30,387 nucleotides of DNA from Priapulus caudatus (lineage: Eukaryota), in contig NW_014577087.1 in NCBI RefSeq assembly GCF_000485595.1, positions 544,303 to 574,689 on the forward strand, given 5' to 3'. Positions 10,529-23,295 of the stretch are shown in pieces (positions within the stretch are counted from its first letter, which is position 1; each line of letters begins with the position of its first letter). The translations under genes and the position numbers were made by a program. The notes beneath the pieces were generated by a model, which made no database searches, had not been told where the DNA came from, and worked only from the letters and a program-made list of their open reading frames with translations.

Positions 10529-10659
10529 TGTTCGATGTGCTCAACAACATACAAACGTTGGTGTTTGTGTTATACCCTTTCGGTTATATTTATTATATAA
10601 CACTAATGGTTTCTTTCACTTCATCTGATGCTTTAAACTTTTGCGAAAAGCGTTTTTAT

Positions 10660-11225
10660 GTCGGAATTATAATCTAATCTTAATATTTCTATAATATAGT
10701 GGTATCGGCTGGTTATTAGCAAACAAAACGTAAATTCTCATTTATATTTATAATATAGTTTTGTTAACTTGTTATTCGGAAACCGACGGTCGATTCTGAT
10801 ATAGATTTATAATATAATTGTATCGTTACATATCAGTTATTCGAGGATGGTAGTTTACATAATAGATTTATAGTTGTGTCGTTACGTATCTGTTAATCGA
10901 GAATGATAGTTCACTTCTCATATAGATTTACAATATAGATGTATCCTTATATATTAGTTAGTCGAGAACCATGGCACGCTTCTCATATAGACCTATAATA
11001 TAACTGTATCTTTGTATATCAGTTATACGAAAATCATAGTTCAGTTCTCATACAAATTTATAATATTGTTGTTACGTTATATATCAGTTATTCGAGATTC
11101 ACAGTTCACTTCTCGAATAGATTTATAGTGTGTTTGTACCGGCATGTATCAGTAATCCGAGAACAAAGGTCCAGTTCTTACATTTAGTTATAATTATTAT
11201 ATTATATCATATATTTGTTATAAGG
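10660..11225. repeat. degenerate AT-rich minisatellite, 59-65-bp unit, about 9 copies
   Basis: The ttctca-like anchor recurs at 10735, 10794, 10915, 10980, 11045, 11110 and 11175. Consensus is roughly ttctcatatagatttataatatagttgtatcgttatatatcagttattcgagaatcatagttcac. Confidence 0.85.
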
Positions 11226-11716
11226 CTACAAAGAATACCGCGTTGTAGTTGATGCAGAGCATGTCACATGCACGCATGCCGTGAGTGTGTTTCTCTCTAT
11301 GGGGATTACGTATTATATTATGTATTTGTATTACGTATGTGAGAAAAGCGATTAGCGATGAGTGTCATTGGGTGTTTATGGAAACGTTCTTAATTTATAA
11401 TGTTATTGTGTTGCACTTAATAAATCGTATATGTAGACTAATATTGCTAGTATGCGGAATTGTTGTTGATCTTTGATCGATACCCCGCTCACAGTCGGTA
11501 TTAGTAACAGCGTTATTTTATCCTAACTTTACTTATAACAAAACAACTATTGCCTGGGTATCCGGGCAACATGGAGTTTTATGGACTGATAATCAAACAT
11601 GTGTCCGAGACCGACATTAATTTTCGTGGGCCACAAAACTCTATTTGTCCTTGCAACCTTACGTGAATTGTATACTATAATATATGTATACACACCTATA
11701 CTATATATAGGTCGAA

Positions 11717-11858
<142 letters not shown>

Positions 11859-13324
11859 CGTAATTTGCCGCTTAAAAAAACACAGCAATAGCCTCTCATT
11901 CCACTTGTCGTGGAACGTGTGCTGTGTCAATCATGTGTTGAGATGTACATATATTGCCATAGATCTATGAATTAAAAATTATCCCCGAAACGCAAAGAAT
12001 TACTCAAGGCCGGGAGTGTTGGGCTACGGAGGTCAACGTTATTACTCCATGGTAAACGTGTGCAGCGCGCGCACCCTGGTGAGCTATTGTCCAGCGTACG
12101 TCGCGTCGCATTGCTCTGTATTGAAATCTAAGCGTGTGATCGCATCTCCCGTGGGCAAGATGCGACAGTGAGTGAATGCGCGCGAACTTACCTCACAGAG
12201 CGATAGCACGGGAGTACCGAGCAATGTAGCCTGTACGTAGCTAACAGAAGAACAGCTTATTTGTTAATAATCAAATCTGCAGCACGACTGTTCTTGCGCT
12301 CGTAGAAAGATCACAAGTAACAGGAAAAAGATTCAACGGCGATTCGCTCTTCGTGCACGTAGGTTTCGTCGATATTTACGGGATACGATCTGGCATTCAG
12401 GCGCTCTCGGGCACTCTCAATCTGACATTTACAGGTGATGCGAGGCCTACACGTAAACTCTAGCCGAAGATAGGCGTGCAACACGTTTGATTATTGTATG
12501 TACGAGTAGAGCATCCCCAAAAATAATAACGTGTAATGTGAGCAGTCCGTTAGAAACCGTGGGCGCGTAAGCGCTGTCAATCACAGAGGGGCGGAGTTCT
12601 GAGCCAAACAAAGAGTGAGGGAGATTAGTTAAATTCCAGGGGTTAGTTGCCAGAAACAAAATTACCCTTAACATTGGTTTCAATCTCTCGCGGACCGTCG
12701 ACAGATTTTGGTTTCATAAAGCCATCACAAAAACTGCTTGGATTGCTAATTCACGATATTACGACGTTTCTGTCAACAGTCTAATCAAAAAAGTTAATAT
12801 TAGGACCAAGAACCTATATTGGAACTTATATATTAGAACTAATATTGTTCATCACAACTGGCCCCAAATCTTTTCGCTTTATATTCTTTAGTCCTTTTAT
12901 CTTGCCCATATCCCTCCCCCGGTCAGCCGGACCGGCGATGATATGCGGCTAGGTCGTTTCAGTCTTCTCTAAATTTCTCAGACTTTACTCTTCTCTACCT
13001 TATAGCTCAACCTCGAGTTCACGGTGTGTATTGTCCACGCTAACACATATTGAGCGGTCCTCACCATAGTGACTTCATCGGCTGTGGCGGTCTTCTTCTA
13101 GTTGGGTAAGAGATATGACTCCATTCGACATGACTCATGTACTACCATACACCTGCATGCGCACTTGGTCAGAATCTTTCAACAAATTAGTATATAGGTA
13201 CTACTAATTTTCTCATTACTATATGTATAATTAAGAAGTTGAAGCCTCTCTCGCTCACTAGTACGCAAAGCTGACCTTTTTGCTGACACCGAGGGTGGTC
13301 ACTGCCAAAGTTTTTCGTGTTCTC

Positions 13325-13483
13325 TAGATGGCTAGCCACCTCCGACCTGAATGTTTCGATGCTCTCATGTACTCTCATGCTCCCTGGTAGCTTCCAGGAA
13401 GAGTTTGCGGAGAAGGGGTACATGTAATATATATCGTATATTATATAAATATAGTATAATTTGGGCGCGCGAATTACATTTCT
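13325..13483 (-). mobile_element. possible decayed 3' fragment of a LINE ORF2 (CR1/L2-type C-terminus)
   Basis: NVIRAPKL...PFSANSSWKLPGSMRVHESIETFRSEVASHL resembles the P...F......WNxLP......S...FK..L tail of CR1/L2-clade ORF2 proteins. Recognised from memory only. Confidence 0.3.
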
Positions 13484-14673
13484 GCCATCGTCTCCTGACG
13501 TCGCGGCTTGTACCAGGAGAGCCGTTAACGTACCCAGGAAAACGTTTTTTTGCGCTTCCCTGTACGTCCAGACGTTCGACTCTTGTGCAGTCTGTCCATG
13601 ATTTTGTTCCGAACCTTTAAAGGGTTTTTTATTATTTCTAATGGAAACAAAAATTTGCAGAACGGGCATACTCATCTGGATATCCGAGATCTAAATTAAA
13701 AAGCCATCGCCCTCTGACTCCCAGCCTGTCCCATGAGGACTGGTAAGTACTCTTTACCCCTGGTCCCCTAGTTCTTTACAGCTTAGTCTTACTCTACCTG
13801 CATCGTCGAGTTACTTTCCTTATGGCCGGGCCTGTATTCTGTCACGTCGTCGGTAACTCGGTTGCGATAAGTAGCGAAGTGTGTTTTGTTTATCTGCTGT
13901 AGGTGCATCTCTCCTAGTGACTATGCTAAGCGAATATCACTACCTCGAAAAAAATGGTGACAATGCAATCAACAAAATGCGATAAAATGCAAGGTGTAAT
14001 GAAATGAGAAAAAACGTGTAAAACAAGTCGTAGTCACAAAATGAAACGTATAAAGTGTTGTTGGTGAAGCATGTTTGTTAGCGAAAACACGCTTTTTACC
14101 GTCTCGTTTGTTTGATCTCATTCACACTATTTACCTATACATAACGGGGTCAAGCGTGCGCATACATAGACAACAAATAGTCCGTGCTCGATATAAAAAC
14201 TTAACCATGCGATGCATGCGCGTAGTCAGGGAATATTATCAGATATCTGGCAAATCTGGGAATAAATTCCTTACCAAGAACTTTCTTCACCAATGTGTTT
14301 GTAAAGGTGTCTACTAACATATTTCAAAAGATTTAAATTCAACCCCCGTAGGACAACCCGTGACAGCTGCTGAAAGTTGGGGTACCCGGAACGTTATCCG
14401 GGAAAAATTGAATTTTTTTTATTCTGCCTTAAGCAGCTTGTGAGGGGTCAAACTAGGGGTTTTTCATGATTCTGAATTGATTGCAAGCATTTGTTTTGCA
14501 CCAAAACCACTCCTTGTCAGAAAAACGGCAACACCCACTTTTTCCGCTCGTCGCAAACCTATTTTTGGGTGAAATAAAACATTGTTGGGTGCATGTAAGT
14601 TAAAAAGTTGCTTTATTAGTTTATTTCAATTTCTCGAATACTCGTTTGAAACTGCTCCACAATGTCAAATGCC

Positions 14674-14940
14674 TCAGGAGTCAAGGTCTGTGTCTTCTCC
14701 AGGCTCTACATCATCATGGATACAGTTCTTGCACAAAATGTCATTGCAACTTCCGCATGCTGAGATGCACTTGACACCATTCTTCTTGCAGCTGCACCGT
14801 CAGTTGCTGCAATCTCCATTACAATTGCAGCTCGTGAACTGAAGCAGCTCCTCAGGAGCCATGGGGTCTACTGTTGGAACCGGCTCATAACCATTATTCC
14901 CTACCGTCCATCCATAGTCACTGGGGTCCAAAGACATGAG
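14674..14940 (-). pseudogene. Academ transposase C-terminus (Cys8/CXC tesmin-like zinc finger), inverted
   Basis: Manual translation: LMSLDPSDYGWTVGNNGYEPVPTVDPMAPEELLQFTSCNCNGDCSN*RCSCKKNGVKCISACGSCNDILCKNCIHDDVEPGEDTDLDS*. Internal TGA at 14800-14802. Two minus-strand AATAAA signals at about 14612-14625. Confidence 0.88.
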
Positions 14941-14950
14941 TTTAATTAAA

Positions 14951-15456
14951 GTCACCTCTCCAGCGCCACCTTTGGCAGATAATCAGACAGCAGCTGTCAA
15001 CCGGGTGAAGTTGAAGACACTCGACAAGGCTAAGATCCTGAAGGCAGCTAAAGTGAAGCTTCTTCCATTCAAAAACAGGAAACAGATAGGGATAAACACC
15101 ATCACGTTTCTTCCTATCGCTGACCTCTCAACGACACAAAACCAGCCACTCCTCTCTCCGGGAGACACGCTCTGGGCAGCAGGGTGGGTGATCAAAGCCC
15201 AAGATTCCGAGTTCCAGCACTCCAACTGGAATGGCTGGATGAAGAGGATTCATGTTGATGATGCCAAGCAGAGCACGCAGGTCGACTTCCTCCCGGTCAT
15301 TGATGGTGACCCAAATGACCACAGGACCATCTTCACCACTCTCAAAGAGTGCATGCGGCTCTCCGGGGACAAAGTTGCCATAGTGACCTTTGATCTCCCC
15401 ATCTGGCTCAAGGCTGTGGATATTATAAAGCAGGCGAATCTACCAATCATTCCAAG
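14951..15456 (+). pseudogene. Academ transposase, central exon fragment
   Basis: NWNGWM...FLPVIDGDPND...IVTFDLPIWLKA...IIPR, ending at a phase-2 donor ag|gtgagg. Confidence 0.88.
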
Positions 15457-15752
15457 GTGAGGGCACTGTGTGTGTGGAGGGGGGGGGGTGCGTAGTTAGG
15501 TTAGGTAATGTTAGGTTAGGTTTTGTATGGTTTAATCAGTTTTGGTGTAATCAACTGTTGGTTTAAATTTATTTTGGTGTAAAGTACTTTTGGTGTTAAC
15601 ATTTTAAGGTTAAACAGCCCGACTCCTGTGCGGGCACATACTCAAGCATTACTAAACTGAGACTTAGCCATCATATGTTATTGCAGGTTTGAATATTGAA
15701 GAATTTCTGTAATTTTAACTATTGATTTCATTTTTCTCTTCTCTCTCTTCAG
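15457..15752 (+). other. spliceosomal intron (296 nt) in the Academ transposase gene
   Basis: GT...polypyrimidine tract ttttctcttctctctcttcAG. Splicing restores the conserved IIPR|LGGFH motif. Confidence 0.9.
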
Positions 15753-17306
15753 GTTGGGTGGGTTTCACCTGCTAAAATCATACCTCTGGTCTTTGGGTAA
15801 TATCATGGATGATTCTGGACTCCTAGAGTTGATCCAGCTGATCTATTCAGGGAGTATGACGGTCGACCACATCCTGAATAGAAAGTGTTTTGACAAGGCG
15901 ATCCGCGCTCACCTCCTGATAGATGCAGCCATCCTTCAGTACGTCACGAAACACGCCTTCACTGAGGAGGAACCTGCTAAAATAACGACCTTCATGGAGA
16001 AGGTAGCTGATGGGAAGATGGGAGCCACACATAGCACCAACAGTTGCAGTGTTTAAACAGAGATTTGAAGAAACTTTCGAAAGACTCGCCGAGGGAAAAA
16101 AAACGCCTGCACTCTGGGTGCAGTACGACTACATGGTCGATGTCCTCAAGATCTTCATCAAAACTGAACGGCTTGCAGACCACGACGGGCACCTGTCCTG
16201 TATTGTTACTAGGATGCTGGACACCTTTGCAGCTGCGGGGCATCATCAATACGCCAAGGGCGCACGGCTGTATTGTTAGCTGATGAAGCAACTCAAAACT
16301 TCGCCTGGATACAAGGAGACCTTAGAAAGTTTCACTGCCCCATGGGAACCACGTTGTTTGTTATTCTTGCCATGATTAGTCTGGCACCTGGTGTGACATC
16401 TTTATCAAGCAGAGACTGATGAAGGCGGCCAAATCAGAAGGTGGGTTGAGCAGAGGGAGGATGAGGAATTGCGATTCTGGCCACAAGTGCTGGGTCCAAA
16501 CCCTCAACCACTTCTCGGATGTCAACCAGCGCATGGAGGAAGGTGTCAAGAAACATGGTCCACTCCACAAAAACCTTGCCAAAACACGGATGAAGCGAGA
16601 TGCTGAAGCGATTGGACTTGCCCTCAAATGGGTCGAAGAGAACAACCCCTTCGACCCTGACCAAGACAAGCAGTTGCTTGTGTTCTTCTCAACAGGGTTC
16701 ACAAGCAATGCAGATGACGCAGTCAACGCTGAGAGAACGGCTAAAGTAGGGGGGGGGGAGATGCAGATAAAACTGGACGGACAGTCAGTGACATCGACCA
16801 TGGAGGTGAAGTTCAAGGTACAGGCCCTGTCATCGCTCAGAAAGCTTCCCAAGGTCAATGAGAAGAAGATTCACCTAAACTCACTCAAGTTGTTCAACCG
16901 ACTGATAATTTTCGCCCAACGGGATATGACAGTCGAGACAAGCTTAGAGTATGAGCTGACTCCCTTTCCCTTGTCCTTGTTCAGCAACAAAGATCAGACA
17001 ATGAACAAGGCGAACAAGGCAGGCTTTTCCAAGACTAGCCTGAAGGAGTTGACTGATCCGCTTGAACCCCCTGACCAAGCCTGCTCCAGTCTGGTGGTTG
17101 ATGGCGGATGGCTTCTCTACATGGTGAAGTGGGAACAAGGTCAGACTTGGCAGGAGATTGACGACAGTTACCTGAGCTATGTGCAGTGTCTTGGCAGTCG
17201 CTCTCAGAAGATCACTGTGGTCTTTGATGGCTATAGCAGCTCGCCAAAAGATCACGACCACATCCGGCGTACCAATAACTCATGCTGTGATCTACGGATT
17301 CAACCG
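15753..17306 (+). pseudogene. Academ transposase C-terminal part plus N-terminal half of the XPG/PIN-like nuclease
   Basis: LGGFHLL...GHHQYAKGARLY...GGLSRGR...YELTPFPLSLF...VVDGGWLL...VVFDGYSSSPKDHDHIRR. Frameshifts near 16027 and 16340, TAG stops at 16277 and 16377, truncated at about 17306. Confidence 0.88.
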
Positions 17307-18099
17307 TGTTCCAAGCTAGTGTGCTTGCTTCATTTCGAGCTGAAGTCCATTGCCGTACTAGACGCTTCTCGCAGAAAATTTAAAATCGAATCGCGAGTGT
17401 GTCAATATAGTTCCACGCCACGTTTTTTCTTACGTGCGCCTTCTGTCATAAATATTCCGATAGCACAAGTCAAACAAATGCCTCGCACGCAGTGATCTCA
17501 CAACGCGTTGCTGAATTGCTGTGATCAATACGGCGTTATAACGGCCAGCACTCAATTATTTTTCCACTCTTATCATCGACAAACAAGGAGAACTCCTGAA
17601 AGGTGTATAATTAAATGTCATTAAAACATTGCGGAACATGTGTGCGCGTGTGAACGTGTAGACGTTTTATTAGACGCGTTTTGTAATAGATGGATACAAA
17701 CGCGTGCTTGAACGATGTTAGACGAAAATTTGCCGAAGATAATCATGGAATAATGCACCGTGTAGCGTTCGTCGGTTCAAACAGGTGAAGTGCCTTAGGC
17801 GCTCAGAAAGGCGGGGGAGTGCCTGTACACGCGTAATGATAAGTCACGTTGTCCTAACAGTATAATTATAGACAAAGCGGGCGCAAGTTTTCGCAACTGA
17901 ATTTTATAAAATACAAAAAAACGATTGCGGTAAATTTGATAACGTCGAGTAACCGGAATCTTACGCGCGTGCTGCCTGCAATCAAAGCAGGTTAAATGTC
18001 TAATATACGAAACGATGATTAAGTGGGCAATTGTGGTTATATGACGTTAGAATGATATGTTATGATGTTTAAGTAAGCCACTTCCCACCCAAACGTGCA

Positions 18100-18600
18100 C
18101 TTACACGCAGACACACACACACGCTCACACACACGCAGACGCACACGCAACGCACACGCACACGCACACGACCAACCACGCACACGCATACGCATACGCA
18201 CGCGCCACGCGCGACGCATCACCACCTCGCGCACGCACGGACGTGCGCCACACGCACGAGCACTACGCAAGGCGCACGCGCAGCGCCCCACGACGCGCAG
18301 CGCGCAGCGCGCAGCACGCACAACGACACGCGCACACGCAACACGCACACGACCCACACCGCACCAGGGCAACACACCAACCACACACATCACCACATAC
18401 CCATACCCTCCCCACGCCACACTCACTGCACCTGCAGTCACCAACACACCCGCCCCCCGGTGCTATGGGGACACAGGAAATTGCGAGAAGAAGGGGCTGC
18501 TAAAGGTAATGTAGGAAAACACACATCAACCAGACACGCGGCAAGACACACACACGACACACACACACACACAGCTACACACACACACACACACACAAAG
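18100..18600. repeat. noisy (CA/CG)n microsatellite
   Basis: Irregular cacacg repeats with scattered indels. Confidence 0.85.
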
Positions 18601-18604
18601 GATC

Positions 18605-19830
18605 CACGCGGCGACGTGCGAGTAGATGGCGTCATGCCACGCGCAACGGAATCAATCAGTGAATTATATGTAAATGCAGTGTTCAACAACGTTAGCTTTC
18701 CACGCACTCGGGTTCTTTGATACAGCTATGAACATTTTTGTGGCAACTATCCGATTGGTCGTTAAACGTCAGGTGACGCGCTGCCCGAAATCCAGAACGC
18801 ATAAAAAAAAAAACCGAATTCCAGAGGACCTCGGACGCTTACTTGCGTGTTTGGCGCGCACTCATTCCATTTTAAAGAAAAGTCTCACACCCGACTGGTC
18901 ATTTGTCATAATTGATTACAACGAATATGATTAATCAATTTAATTAAGTTATAATAAAATTAACTCCGTTAATTTAGAACTTAGGCGGCAAAATAGCTAG
19001 CTAGCCGGTCGCGCGCTCGCAACCTTCTGTAAGCAAAGGTGAGCGTGCGTTCTGCAAGTGGTAATTTACGGGTGCAATCATGACGAAGCGCGGTTTCGCG
19101 GTTAGATCTCGGCCGCCGCCGCGACTTAATTACTTCTGGTGTCAAGGCCGGCCTCACAACAAGCGGGGAGTGCGACAACAAATCGCGGCAGCGTGCTCTA
19201 ATCTCCTCTCTCCTGCTTCGACAATCAATACGTGTGCGCCTGTGTCATTACAGTGCGGTGATCGTCTCACGTGTTCTAGCTGGAAACTATATTAACTTAA
19301 ATGTCGATTTGTGATTTGCCGTGCGCGGCGTGTATGCGTGTGCGCTGAGTGCCTGTGTTCGCGTAGGTGAGTGTTTACTTGAAAAAAAGTAATTAGACGA
19401 TCAAGAGAAGAATAAGAAAATATGTTCCGATAATGCCTATGGCTGACCTGAGGTAGAAAATGAGTGAAAAGTGCAAAATTGCAACGTCGCTTATAGACGG
19501 TGTTTTCTCTAAAAATAGGTATAGTACAGCACGACGGAAAAGTAAAGAACAACAGAATACTATAACCGATACTGTGTAATTTATTCTAACAGAATGAATT
19601 GATGCGATATATGTTTATTTAAATGTTGTTAATATAACGTTTAAGTGCATTTAAATAAGCTAACCTGCACTTTTTAATTTCTAGAGTCAACGTCGGAGAA
19701 TGTCACAGTCGCACTCGTATGCAAGCAACCACCTGCGCATACAGTTACACATGATGCAGAAATCACAGATGCTTACATACTGCGATGGAAACACAGAAAT
19801 CCAGTCTATCTCAGTAAGCATGGCGATTTC
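18605..19830 (+). repeat. segment A', direct duplicate of 25948-27060 (insertion-rich copy)
   Basis: Colinear from cgacgtgcgagtagatg to gatgcagaaatcacagatgc...gaaacacagaaatcc. Differences are mostly single-base indels. Confidence 0.95.
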
Positions 19831-19918
19831 TCTATCTATTTAATCTATTTATTCTATTTATGTTCATTTATCTATCTAATGTATCTATATACTCTATCTA
19901 TCATATCTCTATCTATCG

Positions 19919-19954
<36 letters not shown>

Positions 19955-19996
19955 CTATTCTATCTATCTATCTATCTATCTATTATCTTGCTATCT

Positions 19997-20029
<33 letters not shown>

Positions 20030-20698
20030 TACTATTCTAGCTATCTATCTAATCTTATCTATCGTTATCTCTATCTATCTCTCTATTTATCGTATCTATT
20101 ATCTATCTATTTATCTATCATTATGCTATACTATCTATCTATCTATCTCATCTATTATCTTCTATCTATCATAGTACTATATATCGTTGCTATCTATCTA
20201 TCTATCTATTTATCTATCTATCTATTTATTTATTTATGTCTATCTTATCTATGCGTATCCTATCTACTATCTATGCTCATCTATCTATCTATCTATCTAT
20301 CTATCTACTCTATCTATCTATCTATCTAACTTATCTATTATCTATTCTCTATTCATCGATAGCTATCTATTGATCTATCTATCTATTCTTCGATCCTATA
20401 TGCTATGCTATCTATCTATCTATCTACGTCTATCTTATCTATCTATCTATCTATCTATTTCATATTTATTTAGTTATATCTGTCTATCTATCTATCTTAT
20501 TTATCTACTATTCTATCTATTCTATCTACTATCTATCTATCTAATCTATCTAATTATCTATCTATGCTATCTATATCTATTACTGGTAGTCTCTCAGTCT
20601 ATCTATCTACTCTATCTACTATCTATTCTTATCTATCTATCTATCTATCTATCTACTATGCTATCTTATCTATCTTATTATTTACTATTTATTTTCCT

Positions 20699-20731
<33 letters not shown>

Positions 20732-21328
20732 TATTATCATGACTATCTATCATCTATACTAACTATCTAAACTATCTATAGTATCTACTTACTCTATCTT
20801 ATCTTATCATATGCTGTCTCTCTGTCTATGCTGGTCTATGCTGGTCTCATCTGTCTATCTGTCTATTCTGTCTATGCTGTCGATCTGTCCTATGCTGTCT
20901 ATCTATCTATCTATCTATCTATCTTATCTATCTATCTATCATCTATCATCTATCCATCTATCATCTATCCATGCTATCCATCATATCCTATACTATCCTA
21001 TGCTATCCATGCTATCCATGCTAATCCATACTATCCATTCTATCAATGCTATGACAATACTATCCATACTATCCATCTCTCCATCTATCGCATTGATCCT
21101 CTATCTTCTATCTATCTATCGTATCTTATCTTCTATCTACTCTACTATCTAATTTATCTATGCTATTTTATCTATCTATCTATCTTATCTAGTCTTCTAT
21201 CTATCTATTATGCTATCTATCTATCTATCTATGCTTATCTATCTTCTATTATCTATGCTATCTACTATCTATCATCTATCTATCCTTCTATCTATCCTAT
21301 CTATCTATCTCTTTTGTCTATATATCTC

Positions 21329-21361
<33 letters not shown>

Positions 21362-21367
21362 GCTATA

Positions 21368-21419
<52 letters not shown>

Positions 21420-21904
21420 TATCTATGCTTATCTTGCTATCTATTATCTATCTATCTATCTATTATCTATTTATCTAATCTATCTACTCTTCTATCTATT
21501 ATCTATCTATCTATGCTATCTTATCTTATTCTATCTATCTTATCGATCTTACTCTAATTTCTATCTATCGTATCTATCCATCTATCTAATCTATGCTATC
21601 CATGGCTATCGCACTGCTAACAGTCTATAGTGCTTATAGTCCCCTTGGCACACGTCTGTAATAAGTCAGGTAGGTGAATGTTTGTGTACGTGGAACTTGA
21701 CAATGGCGCATGTAACATATAATGCTGTTTTATAAGTCAATGTTCGCGCATTGTACACGTCACTGCAAGTGAGATGCAAAGTGAATCCCGTTTATCTAGG
21801 GGCGGTTTATTTACTGCTGCTGGAGGGGTGCGTTTTGATTTAACGCTGCTGCAGGGGCATGATTTTTTTTATCATGTTTTCCTCCTGCGACGTCNNNNNN
21901 NNNN

Positions 21905-21999
<95 letters not shown>

Positions 22000-22026
22000 C
22001 ATCTATCTATCTATCTATCCATCTAT
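19830..22026. repeat. (TCTA)n microsatellite, noisy 19830-21600 and clean 21905-22026, interrupted by a noisy duplicate of 22024-22295 and a 10-N gap
   Basis: Direct inspection. 21606-21894 repeats the sequence on the other side of the gap. Confidence 0.93.
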
Positions 22027-22970
22027 CGCACTCTACAGTCTATAGTGCTATAGTCTTGCACACTCTGTATCAAGTCAGTGTAAGGTGAATGTTGTTACGA
22101 CATTGACATGCGCATGTAACATATAATGCATGTTTAGTAACTCAATGTTACGCGCATTGTACAGTCATGCAAGTGAGTGCAAAGTGAATCCCGTTTATCT
22201 AGGGCCGGTTTATTTACTGCTGCTGGAGGGGTGCGTTGATTTAACGCTGCTGCAGGGGCATGATTTTTTTTATCATTTTTTCCTCCTGCGACGTCAGATG
22301 ACATCGGAAGTACAATCCAATGTGCCCATGTTCCAATGTATCCAAAGTTATATCTAATGGCCATCCTTGGACATATCTAGAGTGGCCGATATTGATTTGA
22401 ATCGATCTATTAACGACGATTGCACAGTCATGCAAGTCAGTGCAAAGTGAATCCCGTTTATCTAGAGCCGGGTTATTTACTGCTGCTGGAGGGGTGTGTT
22501 GATTTAACGCTGCTGCAGGGGCATGATTTTTTAATCATTTGTTGCTCCTGTGACGTCAGATGACCTTTGAAGTAAAATCCAATGTGCCCATGTTCCAATG
22601 TATCCAAAGTTATATCTAATGATCATCCTTGGACATATCTAGAGTGGCCGATATTGATTTGAATCGATCTATTAACGACGATTGCACAGTCATGCAAGTC
22701 AGTGCAAAGTGAATCCCGTTTATCTAGAGCCGGGTTATTTACTGCTGCTGGAGGGGTGCGTTAATTTAACGCTGCTGCAGGGGCATGATTTTTTTTATCA
22801 TTTGTTGCTCCTGCGATGTCAGATGACCTCGGAAGTAAAATCCAATGTGCCCATGTTCCAATGTATCCAAAGTTATATCTAATGATCATCCTTGGACATA
22901 TCTAGAGTGGCCGATATTGATTTGAATCGAGAACAGACGAACAGAGAAACTTCCATAAATATGTATTAGA
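22027..22970 (-). mobile_element. putative non-autonomous Helitron-like element carrying the 263-bp repeats
   Basis: The minus strand reads A|TCTAATACATATTTATGGAAGTTTCTCTGTTCGTCTGTT from 22970, resembling A|TC 5' ends of invertebrate non-autonomous Helitrons, which often hold internal tandem repeats. The 3' hairpin/CTRR end was not found. Confidence 0.45.
22155..22930. repeat. 262-263-bp tandem repeat, about 3 copies
   Basis: cagtcatgcaag at 22162, 22425 and 22687. Copies are highly similar. Confidence 0.95.
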
Positions 22971-23295
22971 TAAGGTTTGGTAAAAACTTCACCCACGCTT
23001 TCCTGCAGAATTAAGTGGCAATGCCCCCTTCTGCCAGACTGCCACAGTGCTTCGGCTTGCTGCTATAACGGGGCATGGACGTCGCGTTGTCGCGTTTCTT
23101 GACTGTAGACGCACGAAACCTACCCATTCTTTCGTCGGATGTACTTGCCTCTCGTAAAAACGTCGGTAATATTTTTTCGTTCGCGACTCGCAGCGTGCGA
23201 CATTGCTAAAACGGTACCATAGTCCCGGGCCGGGAGGCAAACACGTGGCACGCGACCATGCGATGCATCCTCGGTGATTGTACGCGCGCTCGTCC

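Larger units (their letters stand above)
14178..17306. mobile_element. rearranged, truncated AcademX DNA transposon
   Basis: Transposase, XPG-like nuclease and C-terminal Cys-rich finger together are the defining AcademX architecture. The left limit is a guess at a TAG-starting terminus (tagtccgtgctcg, 14178). The right limit is where homology breaks after ...CDLRIQP. Confidence 0.8.

Noticed and set aside
11546..11572. Hairpin ttgcctgg-gtat-ccgggcaa as a Helitron 3' end
   Set aside because: No correctly placed CTRR terminus and no matching 5' end found.
12140..12165. Inverted repeat tcgcatct...agatgcga
   Set aside because: An isolated 8-bp stem is expected by chance in 30 kb.
14582..14842. 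86-aa plus-strand ORF
   Set aside because: Antisense to the Academ Cys-finger coding sequence.
15493..15524. TTAGG repeats as a telomeric relic or taxonomic marker
   Set aside because: Only about four interrupted units inside a transposon intron; too short to be informative.
17307..17495. C-terminal 60 or so residues of ORF 16419-17495
   Set aside because: Read-through into unrelated flanking DNA after the transposon truncation; composition changes and XPG motifs stop.
19860..22088. Hydrophobic YLSI-repeat ORFs resembling membrane proteins
   Set aside because: Translations of noisy (TCTA)n.
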